A stretch of 64,000 nt of DNA from contig MU054220.1 in assembly GCA_013239625.1 (NCBI GenBank), forward strand, positions 3,287,374 through 3,351,373, in the 5' to 3' direction. This document shows, piece after piece, positions 52,424-64,000 of this stretch. Source of the DNA: Lama guanicoe. Taxonomy: Eukaryota. The notes under the pieces were generated by a model, which saw only the letters and a program-made list of their open reading frames with translations, was not told the origin of the DNA and did not search any database. Each line of letters opens with the position of its first letter. Within the stretch, counting starts at the first letter, position 1. The translations under genes and the position numbers were made by a program.

Positions 52424-52841
52424 CTGGGCAGGCGTAAGTAGCCAATCCATCACCGTGTCACCCCATGCAATTGTTCAGGGGGCAAACTAATTAAAAATTT
52501 AATTTCATGATTTTCATCTTAATCTCTTTTTCCCATTAGCTTTGATCAATGCCCACAAATACAATTTAGCAGAACTTTTCATTTAGATAAATGACCGAGT
52601 GGGGTTCCTAATTAGTCTGTTTGTTATGAACCAATAACTCAAATTATATGCTAATTACTAAAAATCACACACTAATTTTTAAAGCACTTTATTGGCACAA
52701 AAGCTATGTTCCTGTTATCAAATGAAATGTCCTTTCTATGTTACACTCACCAATTACTCAAACCTATTTCTTTTGCCTTTTTGAAATCAAGTCTCCATGT
52801 GCTGTGTATGTGAACAGTGTGCTTGAGAAATGTCTGCTCAC

Positions 52842-52927
52842 CTGTACCCCACACAAACAATAGTGAAAGTTGTACCAATAAGGAGATTCCATGAACTTCT
52901 CAGCTACTTGGGAGCTTCCGCTGCACC
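52842..52927 (-). pseudogene. Candidate exon 4 (GCSGSSQVAEKFMESPYWYNFHYCLCGVQ)
   Basis: Acceptor tgttttttgccag, donor CAG|gtgagc; the only fully open frame is the phase-1 frame; ends phase 0. Confidence 0.6.
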
Positions 52928-53109
52928 CTGGCAAAAAACAAACAGACCAGGAACCACATAAAACAATTAAGCAAAACTGAATGTGGGGATGTGATGAGTG
53001 GTTGAGGACGGGTAACTTTTACAGCCTGTTCCAATGCCAAGGTTACAGCTGAGGACAATCACGGCTCTACTCACTAAGTCTGTAAGTCAGGGGCTATATA
53101 TTTGGTTAC

Positions 53110-53191
53110 CATCTTTCTTGTCATCTATAGCAAAATATCTACTGCTTTCAAGTACCATGGCACTTCTTAAGATGCCAAAATCCTAACGTTC
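53110..53191 (-). pseudogene. Candidate exon 3 with Kozak ATG at 53158 (MVLESSRYFAIDDKKD)
   Basis: Acceptor catctcttccttaaag; GCCATGG context; donor ATG|gtaacc, phase 1. Confidence 0.55.
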
Positions 53192-53403
53192 CTTTAAGGA
53201 AGAGATGTTCATTTTAAAAATAGAAGTCAATGGCTCTGGTCTCCTGTAGTCCTTTCAGCCCCCTTACAGTGCTTTCTCCTCTTGCGTTTTCACTGTCATG
53301 TCAGTGAAGGATAAGAAGCTTGAAGAATAGTGCCTGGCATCAATGAAAACCAATACAGACGCTTCTTGCTGGACATGACCCCAGAAACAGGAGGAAAAGT
53401 TAC

Positions 53404-53444
53404 CAGCAATGTGAGTGGTGGCTGGGCCCATTTCCTGAATAAAT
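53404..53444 (-). pseudogene. Candidate exon 2 (5'UTR-like)
   Basis: Acceptor ttttcttctcctttaag, donor CTG|gtaact. Confidence 0.45.
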
Positions 53445-53559
53445 CTTAAAGGAGAAGAAAATGGTTTTCAAGCTGCGGAGGCCTGGGTATACACATATTT
53501 TATGGAGATAAGTCCTAGCTACTAAGCATCATGTCTCTGCCTGCAGATTGCATCTGTCA

Positions 53560-54110
53560 CTTTCAGCAGCCCGATAATAACCGGTTCTGGGGTCGGTTTT
53601 CAACTTCAACTTACTTGACCTGCCTCCGGGCCACCTCCCCCGCCTCCGTCCCCCTCCCCCCCAAAGCCGCGTCCTTTCTTCCCTCCGCCCTCCTCTTACC
53701 GACAAGCCGCGGGTCGCCCGGTCAAGCTGAGCGGAGTGGAGGCAAGAAGAGAAGGGGAAAGTAGCAGACGCTCCTTACACTGTTAGCTTCCAAGAGGCTC
53801 CTGGGCAACCGGAGAGGTTCAGCCCCGGAAACGGAAGTAGGGAAGTGGGGCCAGGTGGCCGCCATGTTGTGTGTGGCGGAGGGAATGGCGGCCCCGAGGC
53901 CCTGAGCTCCTGCTGCGGTGCACAGAGGGTGAACGCTCCCTCTGACTGTCATTCTCTCGTTCTGTCGTTCTCACTGACACCTCACGGGGAGCAAGATCCT
54001 GTACTGTGCTTCAGAACCCGGTGAACAGTACCCACGGGCGCTTTCCCTCCTGACAGTCCAACCTCTTAAGACAGATACGGAAGGACTCACCACGCGGTGC
54101 CTGTGGAAGG
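53560..54110. promoter_or_regulatory. CpG-island promoter, probably bidirectional
   Basis: CpG-dense; GC boxes (ccccgcctcc, ctccgccctcc); tandem ETS/GABPA-type cores CCGGAAACGGAAGTAGGGAAGT at 53825-53846; YY1-type GCCGCCATGTTG at 53858-53869; minus-strand donor CAA|gtaagt at 53615/53614. Confidence 0.8.
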
Positions 54111-54149
54111 TTTGAAGCATGAGGCCCACGGACCACATGGGCCCTGTGA

Positions 54150-54960
54150 TATGGGGCATATTTAGAGGCTCTGTGGACTTTGGTTACTTGGTCTGGGGCC
54201 TTGGCATTGTGAATAGAGGGAGGGATGTTTGGAAAGGTAGTTGGGAAGTAGGCAGTGGTGTGTTGGTTGTGTGGAATGTAAAGAATTGAGTGACTTCCAG
54301 GCTTCTGGGTTGATAGCTGGGGGAGTATTAGAGTTCCACATACTGGAAGGGGTCACAGGAGATGAAGCAGATTTGTGGAAATAGTATGAGTTTAGACAGG
54401 GTGAGCCTGTGGGACCCTCTAGAGCAGAAGTTCAGCAGCCATGGAATGCACCTATTTGGATCTCCTAGACAAGAGACCTGAGCTGGAAGTCTCTGTTTTA
54501 GATTCGTGCACAGGGATAGGAATGGAGCAGAAGCATGGAAGAGATTGCCTGGTGGAGAGAATACTATTTGGGAACCAGGCGCAGTGCTACCCCCAAGAGC
54601 TTCTCCACTTAAAGGAGAAGAGGAGAAGGATCAGGTAGCCTTAGGACCAAAACCAGGAGAGTATGACATTGCAGAAGATAAGAGAAGAGCGCTTCAAAGA
54701 AGTGTAGTAAAGTGGGTCAGTTTTCTTGGGAAATTAGTGAGTTGAAGACTGAGAGATGCTATGATTGAACAGTCATTGCCATTACCTAGGGCAGGTTCAT
54801 TGGACTGCAGGGAGGAGGCCAGTTTGGACTGAATTGAGGAGTAGTGAGGGTGGTGGTGAGAAAACAGAGACGAACGAGCATAGACAGGCCTTCCAAGGAG
54901 TTGTTCATGAAGAAGTGAGAAGGAAACTGGAAGGAGGATGTTAATTTTTTTTCTCTATTT
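54150..54960 (-). mobile_element. L2 fragment
   Basis: 'gagtgacttccaggcttctggg', 'gagacctgagctggaag', 'gaagactgagagatgctatgatt'. Confidence 0.65.
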
Positions 54961-55000
54961 TTAAGATTGGAGAGACATAAGCTTGTTTAAATATTGATGA

Positions 55001-56103
55001 TTATGAAATAAAATTCATATTTTAAGGCAAGATAATAAAAATTTAAATGGATTTTTTTCTGCCCACTTGGGTCTCCTTCCTTGCTGCTAGTGTGCTTTGT
55101 GCATCTGCATTATGCATTAACCAGACCTCCCCAATGGCAGAAATTCTTGCTCAGCCATAAAGAAAATTTTTTCTTCTTCCAGGGCCAGCTGTGAAACTCA
55201 CTAGATGATAACACTACTTACTTATGACCTTATTAATGTCACTAGGTATATTACTTGTATTCTGCCTATTTCACAAGATTATTGTTTCATACATTACCAA
55301 AGATGTGCCTGAACCTCTGATAAAAATAATAACTAGGCAACTTGAAGCAATTGGCCAAATATATAATCCTATAAGGTCAATGATTATAATGTATAACTCC
55401 AGATATGGGATGAAACGACAAGAGGGAATAATTTCCTGGACCATGACAGACTGTTAGGACAGGTGGTCTAGAGACTTTGGCTACTGTTAATGGGGCCAAG
55501 TCCAGTAATAGCACAGTGAGTGGCCTATCAACAAAATTCTTTCCTGACCTGGGAATGAGCATTCCTAGTGCCAGGGGACAAATTGGTCATGAAGTGCCTC
55601 CCAAACCTTGGTCAAAATTAAGACCAAGAGGGAGGGACTTTTGAAATAAAGAATGTTGCCCACTACCCAGTTCTACAAGAATCAAGTCATCGACCACTAC
55701 AGTTGCTGACCTGTAATACACCGTGAAAGGAATTCAGGGCAAAAATCAGGATGAGGCATTTTGTGCTCAGGGAAAACTGGCAGAACTGGCCCTAGATAGT
55801 TAGATATTTTCAGGAGAAAATTTTGTGAACACAGTTTCTTGCATCTTCCCATACTTAGAAAAGGACTAAAACCTATTAACTATGGTATCTTTTCCTCGCA
55901 AATAGCAACAACCTTCTACCAAGATGTGTGCTGGATTGCACGTCCCCTCTCACCAAATCACGTATATACTGGGCTCCCCACTTACTTCTTTGAGCATTCC
56001 TCAGAGCTTTCTGAAAGACTCCCAAGCTGTAATCCTCAGGTTGGCTCAAATAAATGTTTCCATTTCTTTCTTAGGTTGACTACTGATTAATTTTTCATCG
56101 ACA
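55001..56103 (+). mobile_element. ERV1-class LTR element (possibly MER41-like), about 1.1 kb
   Basis: Flanked by 4-bp direct repeat ATGA (54997-55000, 56104-56107); ends 'gattaatttttcatcgaca'; AATAAA near 56048. Confidence 0.7.
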
Positions 56104-56899
56104 ATGAGAAGGACTTTTGGTGTTGATTATCCCATGACCAAACTGACCCATTCCCATGAAGAATGAAGAAATTTCTTAATAAGGCAGGAGAACAGGAGAA
56201 GGAGTTATGCATAGCACAAGTGAGGAGCTGATCTCAGGTAGTAACCCTGAGAAAGGAATATGGAAAGGGGCAGGCCCAGGTAGATTTGTAGGATCTGTGC
56301 TGTTGAGCAGGTTGTGCATTTCACAAATCAGAGGGTACTGTTGACAGCAGGGTCATCATAATTTTGAATGGTAACTGACTATTAAGGAAAGAGTATTTTC
56401 TAATTTACACAAAGTGGTCATGGCAGCCATAAGTAATGGAGGCTTGGTGCTGAAAATAGAGGTGCTTCTGGTCTCATGGTGTGTATTCTACCTGGGAAAA
56501 GGTTAGATCATTGAAGGAAGACAGTGGAGTCTCTGAGAGGCTTGGGGACAGTGGAAGTGTGTGTAGTTGTTGGATTTTGGGGAAGGTGGAGAAGAACAAG
56601 CAGATTTTAGCCATGTAGATCCCAGACAAGTGAGATCTGTATGGATAGTGGAGAAAATCACCAATGTTCACATTATCTCATTTTCTCAGGGCATTTCTAG
56701 CAAACAGAGGTAGCTTTCTGCCACTAGCGTAATGTCTTGACAGGCAACTTGGAAAGGTCTAAACCTTGCTAATCGTCTTGTCTCCTACTGCAAGCTTGTT
56801 TTTCATTTCTTTTGAAGGACACTGGGATGCTGCCCCTATTTCACAGGGAAATTTTTGTGTGTGTGTGTGAAAGTGGAACTATAGGCCAGCTTTTAAAAA

Positions 56900-59800
56900 A
56901 TGCCTCAGGACTACTTCTTCAAGGGAGATGGAGTAGATGTACTTTCCTGTCTTTGTCCCGCAAAGTGCAGCTGAGAACCCTGGACATTTTATATAAAGCA
57001 AATATAAGAAGACTCTGAAAGGTGGGAGGGAAGACACAATGACTAGGAACCTTGAGACCCAAGGAGCAGCTTGGTGACAAGTTACTTGGGTTTTCTTTTT
57101 GCCTCCCATATCCTAGAATTGGAGCCAAAGAAGCCAGTGACCCAGAAATGCTAAGGGATGCAGACCAAGAATAAAGCCCCAACAAAAGCCTGCTCTCTCT
57201 AACTAAAAGACCGGGAAAAGGATGGCCTGGCAAGACAGAATAAATTTTGACAATAACTACTCTGCTCCAGGCAAACACCATACATGAAACAAACAAATGA
57301 AGAACAGTGCCCCCTCGCCCATACCTGCTTACCCAGGCATACCTTGGTGGTACTGCAGGCTTGGCTTTTACTGCAATAAAACGAGTCACACAAAATTTTT
57401 GGCTTCCCAGTGCATATAAAGGTTATGTTTACATTATACTGTATTAAGTGTGCAATAGTATTATGTCTAAGAGAGATGTGTATATCTAAATTTTTAAAAT
57501 ATTTTATTGCTAAAAAGTGCTAACCATGATCTGACAACACAAGGTTGATACAACCCTTCAATTTTTAAAAAATGCAACATTCGTGAAGTGCAGTGAAATG
57601 AGGTATGCCTGTATCTAAATATATGTAGAGAAAATATTGAAGACAAATGTATTATAAATGAGAGTGGGTAAAGAGAAGCAAAGAATGGTAATGTTTCTCC
57701 ACTTAAACAGATAAAACCGTAACACCATTTGAATGTAATATTATAGATACATAAAATTTAATACCTAAAGTAACCATTAAAAAAGCTATATGGAGAGGTA
57801 TCAGAAACACTGTAGATAAATCAAAATGGAATTATTTTTAAAAGTTCAGGTAACTCACTGAAAGGCAGGAAGAAGAAAACAAATTAAAAGCAGAAAAAAA
57901 CAAAAACAGCAAATAAAATGATATATTAAGCCCTAACATATCAATAACTACATTGAATGTAAATGGTCTAAGTTTATATTAAAATTTACCAACTAAAACG
58001 TAGATTGCAACATTGATTGAAAAGTGACCTAACTATATTCTGTCTGTAAGAAACTCACTTCAAATATATCAGTATAGGCAGATTGAAAGTAAAATGATGG
58101 AAAAAATATATTACGCAAACAATCAACAGGAAGCAGAAGTGGCTATATTAACATCAGATAGATTTTAGAGCAAAGAAAATTACCACACAAAGAGAGGAAT
58201 ATGGCAGAAGGTCAGTCCACCAAGAAAACATTGCAATCCTAAATGCATATGCACCAAATAACAGAGCTGCAAAATATGTTAAGCAAAAGTCAAAATGAGA
58301 AATAGATATATACCAAAAAAAGAAATAGACAAATCCACAATTAAAGACTTCAACATCTCTCTCAACAATTATTAGGACAACTAGAATCTAATCAGCAGTT
58401 ATAGAACACTCCACCCAACAACAGCAGAAGGTGCTGGATCAAATGCCCATGGGAAATATACCAAAATAGACCATAGCTTGGCTATGATACACACTTCAAC
58501 TAATTTTTAAAAATTAAAAATCTTGCAGAGTATGTTCTCTAACCACAAAGGAATAAAACTTGAGATCAGTAACTGAAAGATGACAGCAAAATCGCCAAAC
58601 ACTTCAAAACTAAACAACACACTTCTGAATAATCCATAGGTCAAAGAGGAAGTCTTAACGGTAACAAAAGAATAGATTAAACTAGATGAAAATAAAAGTA
58701 TTCATATCAAAATATGTGGGACACAGTTAAGCAGTGTTGAAAGAAATTTATAGTACTAAATGCATACATTTAAAAATAGGAAAACTCTCCAATTTTCTTC
58801 CATCCTAGAAAAGAAAGAGAAAAGCCCATCACAAGCAGAAGGAAGGAAATATAATAGAAATGAATGAGACAGAATAGAAATGAATGGAAATGAAATACAG
58901 GAGAAAAACAAAAGAGAAAAGTAGCTTAAAAAAAACTGGTTCTTTGAGAAGATTTTTTAAATAAACAAACCTCTAGCAAGAGAGAGAGAGGAGATACAGA
59001 TCACCGATATTAGGAATGAAACAGGATATGACTACAGCTTCTGCAGACATAAAGAGATAATAAGGGAATACCACAAACAACTTCACACACATAAATTTGA
59101 CAACTTATATGAGATGGACTAAGTCTTCAAAAAACACAAACTACCACACCTCATGCAATATGAAATAGATCATTTGAATGCCCTGTAACTACTAAGGAAA
59201 TTGAATTTGTAATTTAAAATCTCCCAACAATGAAATCTCCAGGCCAAATGATTTCACTGGATAATTCTATCAAATATTTAAAGAACAATTCACACCAATT
59301 CTATACAATCTTTTCCAAAAAATAGAAGAGGAAGGACTACTTCCTAATTCATTTTATTAATCTAATATTACTCTGAAACAAAAACCATACCAAAAAAAAA
59401 AAAAAAGACCACCACAAACCAACATCCCTTGCGAACACACACACACAAATCCTTCACAAAGTATTAGTAAACAAAATTCAGCAATATATAAGAAGAATTA
59501 TGTGCCATGACCAAGTGGGGTTCATTCCAAGGATGTAAGGCTTGTTCAATATTGTAAAAATCAATATAATTCAACATATTGACATTCTAAAGAAGAAAAA
59601 TCACATGATCAAACCAATCAATACAGAAAAGAAAAACTGAAAATATTCAACAACCATTCATGAGAAAAAACTCAGAAAAATAGGGAGGGAGGGAGACTTC
59701 TTCATCTTGATATGGAGCATCTACAAAATCCAACAGCCAGCACTGTACTTAATGGTGAAAAACTGAATGTTCTCCTTCTGAGGTCAGAACAAGGCAAGAA

Positions 59801-62695
59801 TGTCCAATAAAATGCAGGAAGTTCTAACCAGTGTAATAAGGCACAAAAAGGAAATAAAAAATACACATACCAGAAAGGAAGAAATAAAACTGTCACTACT
59901 TGCAGATGAAATAATTGTCTACCTAGAAAATCCCAAGGTTTCTACAAAAAACCCTCAAAACCATATAGAACTAATACGTGAAGTTCTGCAAGGTCAAATG
60001 CAATAAGATAAACACACAAAAGTCAATTGTACTTCTGTATACTAGTAATGAACCCTTGGGACATTGAAATTAAAAATAACAATAACACTTACAATCACTC
60101 AAAAACATGAAATACTTAGGTATAAATCTAACAAAACTTGGAGGATTTCTATGCTGCAAACCACAAAATGCTGATAAAAGAAATCAAAAATCCAAGTAAA
60201 TGGAGAGACATATCATGTTCATGTGTTGGAAGAGTCAACATACAAAAGAGGTCACTTCTTCCCCTAAATTGATATACAACATTAACAATTCTTACCAAAA
60301 ATCCCAGAAAGGTTTTTTGTAGATATGAACAGGTTATTCTAAAACTGATATGGTAAAACAAACTAAAATAGCTAAAACAATTTTGGGAAAAGAATAAAGT
60401 GGGAAAAATTAGTCTACTTGATTTCAAGAGCACACTATTGAGACTAAATGATATTGGCAGAGGGATAGACACAGAGATCAATGGAATAGAATAAAGAACT
60501 CACATATAGACCCATACTAATATGCTTAATTGGTTTTGGAGAAAAGTGCAAAAATAAATCAATGGATGGATAGCCTTTTCAACAAATAGTGCTGGAGTGA
60601 CTGGTCATCCACAGGAAAACAAACAAACAAAACAAGATGCCCAAACCCTCAATTTAAGTCTCACACACAAAAATTAACTCAAAATGGATTACAAACTTAA
60701 ATGTAAAACATAACTATAAAACTTTTAGGGAAAAAAATCAGGGGAAAATCTTCTGGATCCAGGGCTAGGCAAAGAGTTCTTAGACTTGATACCAAAAGCA
60801 TGATCTGTAAAAGGATACACTGAACTTCATCAAAATTAAAAACTTTTGTTTTGCAAAAGATCCTGTAAAGAGGATGAAAAGACAAGCTACAGACTGGAAG
60901 AAAATATTGGCAAACCATATATCTGATGAAGAAATATCATCTAGAATAAAGAACTCAAACTGAACTGTAAAACAAACACACAAAAAACAAATAAACAAAC
61001 AAAAAAAACCCAAAACATAAAACCCCTGCAAAACAACAACAACTAGAAAATGGGCAAAAGACATGAAGAGACATTTCACCAAAGAGGATATACTGATGGC
61101 ACATGAAAACAAATTCAACATCATTAACTATTAGGGACATGCAAATTAAAACTACAATAAGGTAGTGCTATATATCAATCAGAATGGCTAAGAAAAGATA
61201 GTAACAACACCAAATGCTGGTGAGAATTCAGAGAAGCTGGATCACTCATACATTACTGGTGGGGGTGTAAAATGGTACAACAACTTTGGAAAACAGCTCA
61301 GTAGTTTCTAAAGAATCTAAAGGTGCAGCTGCTGTATGGCCCAGCAGTTGCATACTTGGGCATATATCCTAGATAATTGAAAACTCACATTCACTCAAAA
61401 ACCTGCACATGAATGTTTATAAGAACTCTATTTATAATGGCCAAAACACCCTGGCTACTCTTTGGCTGGTAAATGGTTAAATTAACTGCGGTAGGTACAT
61501 ACAATGAAATACAACTTCGCCATAAAAAGGGCCAAATTAATGACACATACAACAACCTGGATGAATTGCAGAAAATTGTGTGGAGTGAAAAAGTCAATTC
61601 AAAATGTTACATACTGTATGATTCCATTTATATAATGTTCTTGAAATGACAAAGCAATTCAAAGGGAGAAGGCATAATGTTTAACAAAAGGTGTTGGAAT
61701 AATTGGACAATCATATGCAAAAAAGAAAGAAAGAGAAAAGAACATTGACAGTTACCTCAACCACATACGAAACTTAATTCAAAATTAATCATTGACCAAA
61801 ATATAAGGGCTTAAAATATAAAACTTCTAGAAGAAAACATAGAAGAAAATCTTAGAGGCTTTAGGTTGTTAAAAATTTCTTTAAAATAACACAGAAGTAT
61901 GAGCAATTAAAAAAAATTAATACACTGGAGTTCATTAAAATGTTTTGCTCTTTAGAAAACATCATTAAGAAAATGAAAATCAAGCCACAGACTGGGACAC
62001 AATAATTGCAGAACAAGCATCTGATAAATGGCTTCTTTCTAAAATATGTAAGAACTCTTACAGCTCAAAAATATTAAGACAAGTAACAATTTTTTAAATG
62101 GGAAAAATATTTGAACAGACACTTTAACAAAAATACATGGATGGCAAATAATGTATGAAAAGATGCTCAATATCTTTATTCATTAGGAAAATGCAAATTT
62201 AAACCACAATGAGATACAACCACACACCTACTAGAATGGCTAAAATTAAAATGACTGATGACACCAAGTGTTGGAAAGGATGTGGAACAATTAGAATTCT
62301 CATACATTGCTAGTGGGGACATTAAAAGGTACATTCCCAATGGTACAATATGGAAAACATTCTGGCAGTTCTTTGAAAAGTTAAAAAATGCACCTAACAT
62401 ATAACCCAGACATTCCATTTCTAAGTATTTACTGAAGAAAAGTAAAAGCATATATCCACACAAAGACTTGTACACAAATGTTTGCAGCAGCTTTATTTTA
62501 ATGGCCCCTAACTGGAAACAACCTAAATGATAGCTAACAGAAGAAAGGATAAACCAATTCTAGTCTAGCCATAAAATGGAAAACTGCTCAGTAATGAAAA
62601 AGGAATGAACTAGGATACACCCACCCACATGGATGGATCTCAGAATAACTATGCTGGGTGAAAGAAGCCAGATGAAAAAAGAAAAAGAATGCATA
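56900..62695 (+). mobile_element. Degraded old L1 (L1M-type) segments: 5' region, ORF2 remnants, 3'UTR
   Basis: Endonuclease start 'atcaataactacattgaatgtaaatggtctaa' near 57940, RT motifs 'catgaccaagtggggttcattccaaggatg' and 'ttgcagatgaaataattgtctacctagaaaatccc'; many stops; second 3' piece from ~61650. Confidence 0.85.
57334..57611. mobile_element. Tigger1-like internally deleted DNA transposon
   Basis: Terminal inverted repeats CAGGCATACCT...AGGTATGCCTG, followed by TA. Confidence 0.85.
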
Positions 62696-63868
62696 TTATC
62701 TGACATACATTTCAAAAATTTTCTCCTAGAAGAAATAAAAGCGAGAATAAACAAATGGGACCTAATGAAACTTACAAGCTTCTGCAGAGCAAAGGAAACC
62801 AGAAATAAAACAAGAAGAAAACCTACGGAATGGGAGAAAATTTTTGCAATGGAAGAAACCGACAAAGGCTTGATCTCCAAAATATATAAGCAGCTCATAC
62901 GACTCAATAAGAAAAAAATAAACAACCCAATCCAAAAATGGGCAGAAGACTTAAACAAACAATTCTCCAAGGAAGACATACAAATGATCAAAAAGCACAT
63001 GAAAAAATGTTCAATATCACTAATTATCAGAGAAATGCAAATCAAAACTACAATGAGGTATCACCTCACACCAGTCAGAATGGCCGTCATTCAAAAATCC
63101 AAAAATGACAAATGCTGGAGAGGCTGTGGAGAAAGGGGAACCCTCCTACACTGCTGGTGGGAATGCAGTTTGGTGCAGCCACTATGGAAAACAGTGTGGA
63201 GATTCCTCAAAAGACTAGGAATAGACTTACCGTATGACCCAGGAATCCCACTCCTGGGCTTGTATCCAGAAGGAAATCTACTTCAGGATGACACCTGCAC
63301 CCCAATGTTCATAGCAGCACTATTTACAATAGCCAAAACATGGAAACAGCCTAAATGTCCATCAACAGGTGACTGGATAAAGAAGAGGTGGTATATTTAT
63401 ACAATGGAATACTACTCAGCCATAAAAACCGACAACATAATGCCATTTGCAGCAACATGGATGCTCCTAGAGAATGTCATTCTAAGTGAAGTAAGCCAGA
63501 AAGAGAAAGAAAAATACCATATGAGATCGCTCATATGTGGAATCTAAAAAACAAAAACAAACAAACAAACAAAAACAAAGCATAAATACAGGACAGAAAT
63601 AGACTCATGGACAGAGAATACAGACTTGTGGTTACCGGGGGGGTAGAGGGTGGGAAGGGATAGACTGGGATTTCAAAATTGTAGAATAGATAAACAAGAT
63701 TACACTGTATAGCACAGGGAAATATACACAAAATGTTATGATAAATCACAGAGAAAAAAATGTGACAATGAGTGTGTATATGTCCATGAATGACTGAAAG
63801 ATTGTGCTGAACACTGGAATTTGACACAACATTGTAAAATGATTATAAATCAATAAAAAATGTTAAAA
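62696..63868 (+). mobile_element. Young 5'-truncated L1 with intact ORF2 C-terminus
   Basis: TSD aaaaaagaaaaagaatgcata at 62675-62695 and 63869-63889; uninterrupted ORF2 frame to 63547 with CWRGC...HCWWEC zinc knuckle; 3'UTR with G-rich tract and A-tail. Confidence 0.92.
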
Positions 63869-64000
63869 AAAAAAGAAAAAGAATGCATAGCTCATAATTT
63901 CAGTTACAGAAAATTCTAGAAAACTCAAACTAATCAATTGTGACAGAAATCAGGTCAGTAATTGTTGCCGGGAACCAGGGATGGGGAAAGGCAGGATGGA

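Larger units (their letters stand above)
44947..53750 (-). pseudogene. Candidate multi-exon decayed gene / divergent spliced transcript, protein unidentified
   Basis: About 13 AG..GT-bounded segments in unique DNA between repeats, with largely compatible phases; three stops and one frameshift in the spliced frame; begins in the CpG island. Confidence 0.55.

Noticed and set aside
44947..53444. Selenoprotein reading of the in-frame TGA codons
   Set aside because: The chain also has a TAA and a frameshift, the MGPATTH... frame hits TAG two codons after its TGA, and no SECIS was recognised; CGA-to-TGA decay is simpler.
53820..54030. Naming the plus-strand gene
   Set aside because: No coding exon lies in the window. 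The landscape reminded me of loci such as WNT4-ZBTB40, but the sequence does not let me confirm this.
62633..63547. 304-aa ORF as a host gene
   Set aside because: It is the L1 ORF2 C-terminus; the first 21 codons come from the older L1 and the TSD.

Overview
Mammalian genomic DNA, most likely camelid: it carries a tRNA-Ala-derived Vic-1-type SINE with target-site duplications and cetartiodactyl-style L1 3' tails. The first ~44 kb is a GC-rich, repeat-dense interval (MIR, L2, MaLR/ERVL LTRs, old L1) with no supportable protein-coding exons. It contains an orphan CpG-rich element (~42.4-43.3 kb) and several AT-rich, TAAT-rich unique islands that look like developmental enhancers. A CpG-island promoter with GC-box, ETS and YY1 motifs lies at ~53.55-54.1 kb. 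To its right is an L2/LTR/L1-rich stretch that looks like the first intron of an unidentified plus-strand gene, including a young L1 insertion with an intact ORF2 C-terminus. The main finding is to its left: a chain of about 13 minus-strand candidate exons (53.6 to 44.9 kb) with AG/GT boundaries and largely compatible phases. Spliced, it reads as a protein I do not recognise, broken by three premature stops and one frameshift, i.e. a candidate decaying (unitary) pseudogene or divergent spliced transcript. All repeat family names are by-eye recognition, not database hits.
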